NCBI GenBank assembly: GCA_044892505.1
Contig: CM097883.1
Span: 256,866,001 to 256,930,000, forward strand
Origin: Schmidtea nova
Lineage: Eukaryota
Length of the DNA: 64,000 nt
Direction: 5' to 3'
Shown: one piece after another, positions 57,134-64,000 of the stretch
How positions within the stretch are numbered: position 1 is the first letter of the stretch
How the letters are laid out: each line of letters starts with the position of its first letter
The notes under the pieces: generated by a model
What the model saw: the letters and a program-made list of their open reading frames with translations, nothing else
What the model was told of the DNA's origin: nothing
Databases searched by the model: none
Translations under genes and position numbers: made by a program

Positions 57134-60100
57134 ATAAAATTTTGTGTTATCTTAAAAAGTTTATTGTTCCTTTAAATTGATTTGGTAAATTGACAAATAG
57201 TTAGATCAATATAGTATAAAAGTATAAACTCATCTCACAAAATACCTAACAAAGGTAAATGAATAATTAAACGAGCATTTGTTAAAACACTTCTAACAGA
57301 ATAAACCATGTCAAGGATAAATTTTCTGAAAGATTATGGTAGAATACCTAAGCGGATGATTAAAGCATAAGTCCTTCTAACGGCAGCAATGGACCCGTAA
57401 ACATAAATGGGGAGTAGTACTAGCAATGGTGCTCACCTGCCCATCATTGTTTAACCATCTTGCGCATCACCAACTTGATTATATAGGGAAGTAATCAAGG
57501 GCGCTTGAGTGTAAAATTGCAATTTTATGCATGATCATGGATGAGGGATCCCTAGTCATTGTTAGAACATTTTTCATCTAACCCCTCCATGAACCCAGCA
57601 TTTGGAAATTCACAAATCAATAAATTTATTATTTTTTTTTTGAAATATTTTAATTTAAAATCTGGTTTGAAATTTCACGTAAATAAAATATTAATTACTA
57701 GAAAATATAACTTCTAAGGAATATAATTAAATTTAACTTTTCCCATAGACATAGAATTTTCCAAATATTTAAATAATAAAAACACATTTTTTAAAACAAA
57801 TCAATTAAAACTTTAATTTTAGATTTCATTTATGAAAACAATTTAGTTTTCTAATAATAATTTATGACTAGGAAGCACACATAGTTTAATGATATTATTT
57901 CTCTTAAATAAAAAATATATAAAAAAATAAATAAAAAAATTTGCATAGAATTGTAATTTGATAAATGTCATTAATGTCTTTTGTGTTTTACCTTCTTAAA
58001 ATTTTTGAATTTTTAAAGTTTTTTTAATTTTTTAATTTAAAAATATTTGACCGTGATATTTGACTTAAAAATAAAAATTCAAATATTGTGCAATCGATTA
58101 CGCAATAAAATACTAGTTATCGATTATATATTAACAAATTTCATAGGGAAATCTCAAAAACTGGGGATAGTCACTCGATTTTGATTGTTTATGACTAATT
58201 AACTTCATAATTTCCATTGTTCGGGACTCCATACTTTTCCCTACTGATTTCTACAAGTTCAATCTCATTTCTTTAGAAATGGATTGAATTAATCGGAACG
58301 GGTTCAAAGTCCTCCCAGTTATCTTATTGAACAATCAACAATTTTACTGATATAATATTACAAATTATTTTACAGTGAAAAATTTATTTATTTATAATTA
58401 ATTTGTAATTGGTAATTTTTAAAATGAATATTTTTAAAATGTTTATAAGTTGAAAATAGTGTAACCAAATCTATTATTTAATATTTATTGAATTAATTCA
58501 ATGATAATTTATAGAATGATAAAATAAAATTTAAATTAAATTAAATGCAAATAAAAATCTTTTTTGAAATAAATACATACAATTTACTAAAGCATGGAAA
58601 ATGAAATTTTAATTATTTTTAAGAATTTTAAATTTTGTCAAAAATCAAAATATTTTTCTTCATTTTTTGTTTATATAATAATAAATCTTTGAAAATAGAT
58701 GTTTTCAAAAGTTTTAATATAACCAATTAATTTTGAAAATAGTTGAAAATAGTTGAAAATAGTTGAGCCAAATAAGATTATTGAAATGTATTATGATTGG
58801 TCAAATATTTTGAAATTCAAATTTGATCAAGATTTTAACAAAATCAATCTAATTCTATGAAACAATGTTTTTGGATTTTGTTATGAAGTCAATTTTTAAA
58901 ATAAAACACTGGGAACAGTGACACATTCTTACAAATAATAGATGACATTTATTTTCCAACCTATTTGTCAAATAGAAAACATGATACGTTGCGCTATTAA
59001 TCAATTTCAAGTTTATTTATTTGGCATATAATCCAGAAAAGAAAATATTACTGTAACAGGATTTAATTTTAAAGAATGAATATATTCATGTCATAAAAAC
59101 TATTGAAATTAATACCGACGAAAATATCGTTGAGCCACTTGATATTTCTTTAACAGATCTATATTTGTCGTTATTGATAATGTAAAATATTATTGTGATG
59201 TAAAACATTTGATTCGGAAAAGTGATGGTATATTGGATATATATATATTAAAAACAATCCAATTTTATTTGTAAAGGGTTTATGGAACATGATATATTTT
59301 TATAATATCTATTGACAAACCAAGTTTAAAGAGACAAAAATTCGTTGACGTTTTCAGAGACTTATAAAATAAAAATGATATCAAATTATAAACTTAAAAT
59401 TTAAGGTCAACAAAAATTTTGAATACGAACCATGAATTATTCTAATATTACATTTGACTTTTTTTGACTTTCTTTTTTTGTATTTGATTGTATAAAAGAA
59501 CGAAATTTACCATATCGAAGTGATATGTTCAGTTTTCAATCTGTTTAATAAGTGCAAACATATTTCGCTAATAAAAACAACTCAATATTAACATATCATG
59601 ATAAAAAGTGTTCACTAAGTGTTTAGTTAATTTGTGGAATTGAATCACTGTAGATATTATTTAATTATTTTTATCTTTACTTTACTTTAGAAGTAATTTT
59701 TTAATATTACAAATTTAAGGTTGCCAGTTGAATTATGTTAAGTTCAAAAAACAAATAATATAATACTCCTAGAAAAATGGCGTTTAAAATGAGTTTCACA
59801 TAAAAATGCAAGAGTAGCAATAAGATCTTGAATGAGTCAAATTGGTTCACTCCGTAAATCTAGTGTTAATCAAAATAACTAAACTGAATATAGTAGATTA
59901 CTTCAAAGTAAATTTTTCTATGTATAATTGATGTTTTTGCGAAATAACTAAACAATTCTTAAACACTTTGAAAACTAATAGGCGTGTAGTTTATCAAAGA
60001 AACTTTATTTAAAAAAATTTCTTAAAAATTAAATTATTAATGGTTTTTTGATATATTAAATAGAAACTAAAATTCTATTTTTAAGCGCCCTTTTCAAGAA

Positions 60101-62700
60101 GCGCCCGATGCTTTGCAGCTAAAGCCGGCCCTGTGTAGACTAAACATAGATAAAATAAAAAAATTTTTGAAGTAGATGTATAATGATAATTGGGGTAATT
60201 TTGCCTTTTCTTGAAACAATCGATAAGATTGAAATCCACAATATTCTTCTTTTACTACACCATAGAATTTGTATTCTTTGACAATTTTAAGAAATTTTGT
60301 AACATTTTTTTGAGAATTGATCTTTAAATATATCTGTGATATGCAGTACATTAATTAAAATTTAAAATTAAAAATTTGTGAAATTTTTATAAAATTTTTA
60401 TTATCATTTAAGAAATTTCGATTTTGAAAAATTAAATGAAATTTATTGAATCATTATTTTGATCAGTGGATTAAAAAAGTTTGTTTAAATAAGAATTGAA
60501 AGTGAAGACAATTTTAAAAATAAATAAACAATCGATTTTAGTGAAATAAAAATTGGAATAAAAACTTATGTCTTTTGATTTACCGAATGATTCGACCGAC
60601 AACTTCGTTGCGGCTAAGAATATCAATTCGATCAGGATTTTTAGCTTTCACCTTTTAGTTCCTATTATAATTACGCCATGGCGCACTCGCAACTAAATGG
60701 TTAGGAATATCAAGTGTTCTTTTCATGTAATGTAATCAATTATCATAGACCATTTGAATTTCACTTATTTCGAAATATTGTTCATTTTCAGCTTCAGAAA
60801 ATTTATTTTCAATAATTGCTTCATCGGAATGCCATTTTAATGCTAAATTTTCTTTCGCAATATTTATCGGTCATATCATCAAAGAATAGAAATCACTGCT
60901 TATTTCAACCCTCAAAATTATGTCTGTAAATTTTAAAATCGTGGAATAACAATTCAAAATAAAAAAAATAACAACTCAGTGATAGATATTCTAGTAAATT
61001 ATATTTTAAAATTAAATTTACATTTTAACGTATAACTTTGCGTGGTAAAACAAATTTATAATTACAAATTTATCTTTATTAAACAGCTTCGTCCTACGTA
61101 GATTCAAACTTATTCTTTATTTATTATAATTAATTATGCATACCACGCCAACTTTATACCAAATCATAAATACGTATGTATTTCCCAAAATATATTTGAA
61201 AGTTTAAAATAGCACATTTGACCTAGAAATGACAGTCAGAATAACTAGTGCGCATGTCACGTCGCTACTGTTCACCCATTTGGGAGGAGTTCTTGTGACA
61301 GATTATATATATTATTATACATTATTAATTCTAGGAGTTAAATATCCTAACTAAAATTTATAATTTAAACACATTCACAAATTTTACATTAAATTTACAA
61401 AAACCAAAAGTGTTTACTTTAATTTTATCAATATTATCTATCAGTTTATACATCCGATTATCAGTAGCCCTTCATTGCCGCTATATTATTTTAAATTGCC
61501 TACTATTAAATAAGCGTATTTCGGCAAAAATGTTTTATTATATTTTTAAAGAGTGCGCTTCCTATAGATAAAAGTTTATTTATATTTTGAAATTAAATTT
61601 ACACATTAATTTAACTCATATCCTGAGTCAATGATTGTATTCTTTTTCATTGCTTGGTGCTGATTATATGATCCTGAGGAAATTAACCAAAGGAAAGCCA
61701 ACTGTAAAGGTGCTAAAATGAGTAATTATTTCGTAATTTACTTATTCAATTTTGTCATACTCCTATAGTAAAATATTGCAATAGCAAATCTAAAAATTGG
61801 TACATAATAACTAACTCGAAAAAAACCTGGCTAAGTGTAAATCAAAAAATTTGACTAATTATTGAAATCAAATAATTTACGATAAAAATCGTAATAAATA
61901 AAATAAAAATAAATTTGATGCCAAAAGAAAAAGAATTTATAAAAAAACTAAAAATCTAACATATTTTACTACATGGTTCACTTATGTGGTAGAAAACATG
62001 ATAATGATTAAAATGAAAAAAAAATATGCAACGTTTTTAACCTTTTTCTTTTTGTTAAATTATGCATGTTTCAATTCAATTAAAAAACTACGCTCGAGAT
62101 TATATTCAATTTCCTAGCTCCATAGAAACGATTGTAAAAAGATTAAAAAACAAAATTTGTGATTTCTATGAATCTGAACTATTATTATTAGCAGATATTT
62201 ACACTCAATAAAAAAAGCATTCAAGAATCTAAGACACTTGTAAAAAATATTTTTTTTAAAGTGAATATAACCTTATTGAAAGTATATTGGGCCCAACAGA
62301 CTTATGTTTGTTGTTAAGGGTTAATAAAGGATTTTGAAAAGATTCAAAATAATAATGCATTATTATTTTAAAGTTTTTTTGCAAAAATAACATTTACAAT
62401 TTTGAGCAACAGTAAAGAATAAGTGTACGGATTTTAAACAACAATTTTAATTTTATAATAATTAATTGATTTATTTATTAATTTATAAATAAATCCGTGC
62501 CCTTATCGTTTACTATTGCCCAATTTTGTTTATTTTAATTTCTTTCATATCATAGATCAAAGTTTTATTTTCTATTTAACAGAAAACGTTGATCTAATGT
62601 CTAAAATAAATAAAAAAACGAAACTCCAATAAAAAATATTAAAAATGAAGTATATAAAAAATTTAAATGTAAATAATTAATTTTATTAATTTCAATATTG

Positions 62701-62883
62701 ATTATTATTATCAATAATTCTCATAATGACTATAGATCAAAATTTTTTTTTATAAACAATAACACAATATTTCGGCACAGCCTTTATCAAGTGTGTATAA
62801 AGGCTGTGCCGAAATATTGTGTTATTGTTTATAAAAAAAAATTTTGATCTATAGTCATTATGAGAATTATTGATAATAATAAT
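62701..62883. repeat. Perfect inverted repeat: 87-bp arms, 9-nt spacer
   Basis: 62701-62787 is the exact reverse complement of 62797-62883. The spacer is CAAGTGTGT. Confidence 0.93.
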
Positions 62884-63345
62884 AAAAAAAGATCAAAGGT
62901 GAAAAAAGATAATTATGATATTCAATATTGATGTTTCGAAAACAACAGTTTGATTATAAAGAAATGTTAAAATATGATCCGTTTATTTTATAAATTGAGC
63001 AAGTCAATTTTTTTCTATAGCGAATTATTTAAAGATTTGCATTTCAATAAATTTAAAAATATTTATAAACTTTAGTAGCCAACGTTTGTGTGTTTTGTAG
63101 TTATGGATATTGTAAATGCATCATCCAATAATATTTAAACATGTCTAAAGAAAAGAAAAATTTTTTTATTCCCGAATGGAATTGCCTCACTTTTAAAATA
63201 AACGGCTTATTAATGAATATATTCTTATCTGGTCACTACAACAATAATTTAGTCATCGTAAAGACTTACTATTATTTATATATTACTTATTAATTTATAT
63301 TTTATTTTAATAACTTAATCAAAAAATATGATTATTTTAATTTAG

Positions 63346-63422
63346 ATGAAAAAACTCGAGTTATTCTGCCCCAGGTCGATGATAATGATCTATCGTCATA
63401 TATAAATGCTAATTACATACGC
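63346..63422 (+). CDS. PTP catalytic-domain exon (NEKTRVILPQVDDNDLSSYINANYIR)
   Basis: TTTAG acceptor at 63341-45 and GTAAGT donor at 63423. The phase-1 join with the exon ending at 14020 gives KNRYKSILP-N-EKTRVIL...SYINANYIR, the canonical PTP motif 1-3 order. The gene continues beyond the window. Confidence 0.9.
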
Positions 63423-64000
63423 GTAAGTTATATTTTCTGAAGATAAAAATTTGAAATGTTATTTTTTCATGAAAATTAAAATAAAAAATACATTCTCTGA
63501 TGTGGTCAATTTCTAATATATTTAATAAATAGGTAAACACCAAAGAAATCTGAAATGCTTTTTGAATAATTGAAATCGCAATTTATTTCAAAAGACATTT
63601 AAACTGCTGACCAAAGATTTTAACACAATTATAATTTACGACTATTTCTTTTTTAACTATTAAATAATTATAAAAGTATAATTTTATCATTTTGAACATC
63701 GAAAATAATTTAATATTATTTATCTGTGATTACAATCTACAGAAATAATACATTTTTTAAATAAAAATATTTTAATTTCATATATTTTGATTTTAAAAAC
63801 AATAGGTCAAAATTTTCCCTTAAACCACACGAATTTTCGGCACTGTCTTTTAAATGTTTATTCAAGTGAAATAAGCACTTTAAAATGAAAAGAAGGTCAG
63901 TACCGGAGATTAGTGTTTAGGGAAAAAAGATTTGTAAGAGTATTTGAAATTGGAAAAAAAGATAAAAAATGACCAAAATCAAAAATTGTAATGATAAAAA

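Larger units (their letters stand above)
31136..57600 (+). mobile_element. Giant (26,465 bp) full-length Ty3/Gypsy LTR retrotransposon / endogenous metavirus-like element with env-like gene and cargo genes
   Basis: Paired ~3.2-kb direct repeats starting TGTTGGG and ending CCCAGCA. TSD TTTG at 31132-35 and 57601-04. PBS after the 5' LTR. PR-RT-RH-IN order. Strongly purine-rich plus strand. Confidence 0.97.
54400..57600 (+). repeat. 3' LTR (3,201 bp)
   Basis: Direct repeat of 31136-34337 (offset 23264, then 23263 after the indel), followed by the TSD TTTG. Confidence 0.97.

Noticed and set aside
60085-60135. GC-rich end AAAGCCGGCCCTG resembling a hAT-MITE TIR
   Set aside because: No matching opposite end or TSD was found nearby.

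Overview
AT-rich eukaryotic (probably invertebrate) DNA with three N-gaps. The host gene is a spliced, + strand receptor-type protein tyrosine phosphatase of the KIM-containing PTPRR/PTPN5/PTPN7 group. Four exons are supported (TM, juxtamembrane/KIM, KNRY and YINAN). The last two are separated by a 49.3-kb intron (14021-63345). The introns hold decayed DNA transposons (piggyBac, three mariner, two hAT, foldback/MITE-like repeats), and a Penelope-like GIY-YIG remnant lies upstream of the first exon seen. The dominant feature is a young, full-length 26,465-bp Ty3/Gypsy LTR element (31136-57600; 4-bp TSD TTTG; ~3.2-kb LTRs differing at only about six positions that I could see; tRNA-Pro-type PBS). 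It contains one ~4,550-codon polyprotein frame, broken by four in-frame stops and three frameshifts. The order is Gag(CA, 3xCCHC) - unknown - two ubiquitin-like domains - Bcl-2-like domain - internal signal peptide - chuvirus-like fusion glycoprotein - PR - RT - RNase H - IN - ankyrin repeats. Separate cargo ORFs are an IAP-type RING protein before gag; a full-length intronless TRAF, a coiled-coil protein and a type I membrane protein after pol; and two ORFs inside each LTR. It looks like a giant endogenous-retrovirus-like element carrying apoptosis/TNF/NF-kB-pathway modules. All domain calls are by eye and need HMM/structure confirmation. Novelty must be tested against known giant LTR elements such as planarian Burro and plant Ogre.
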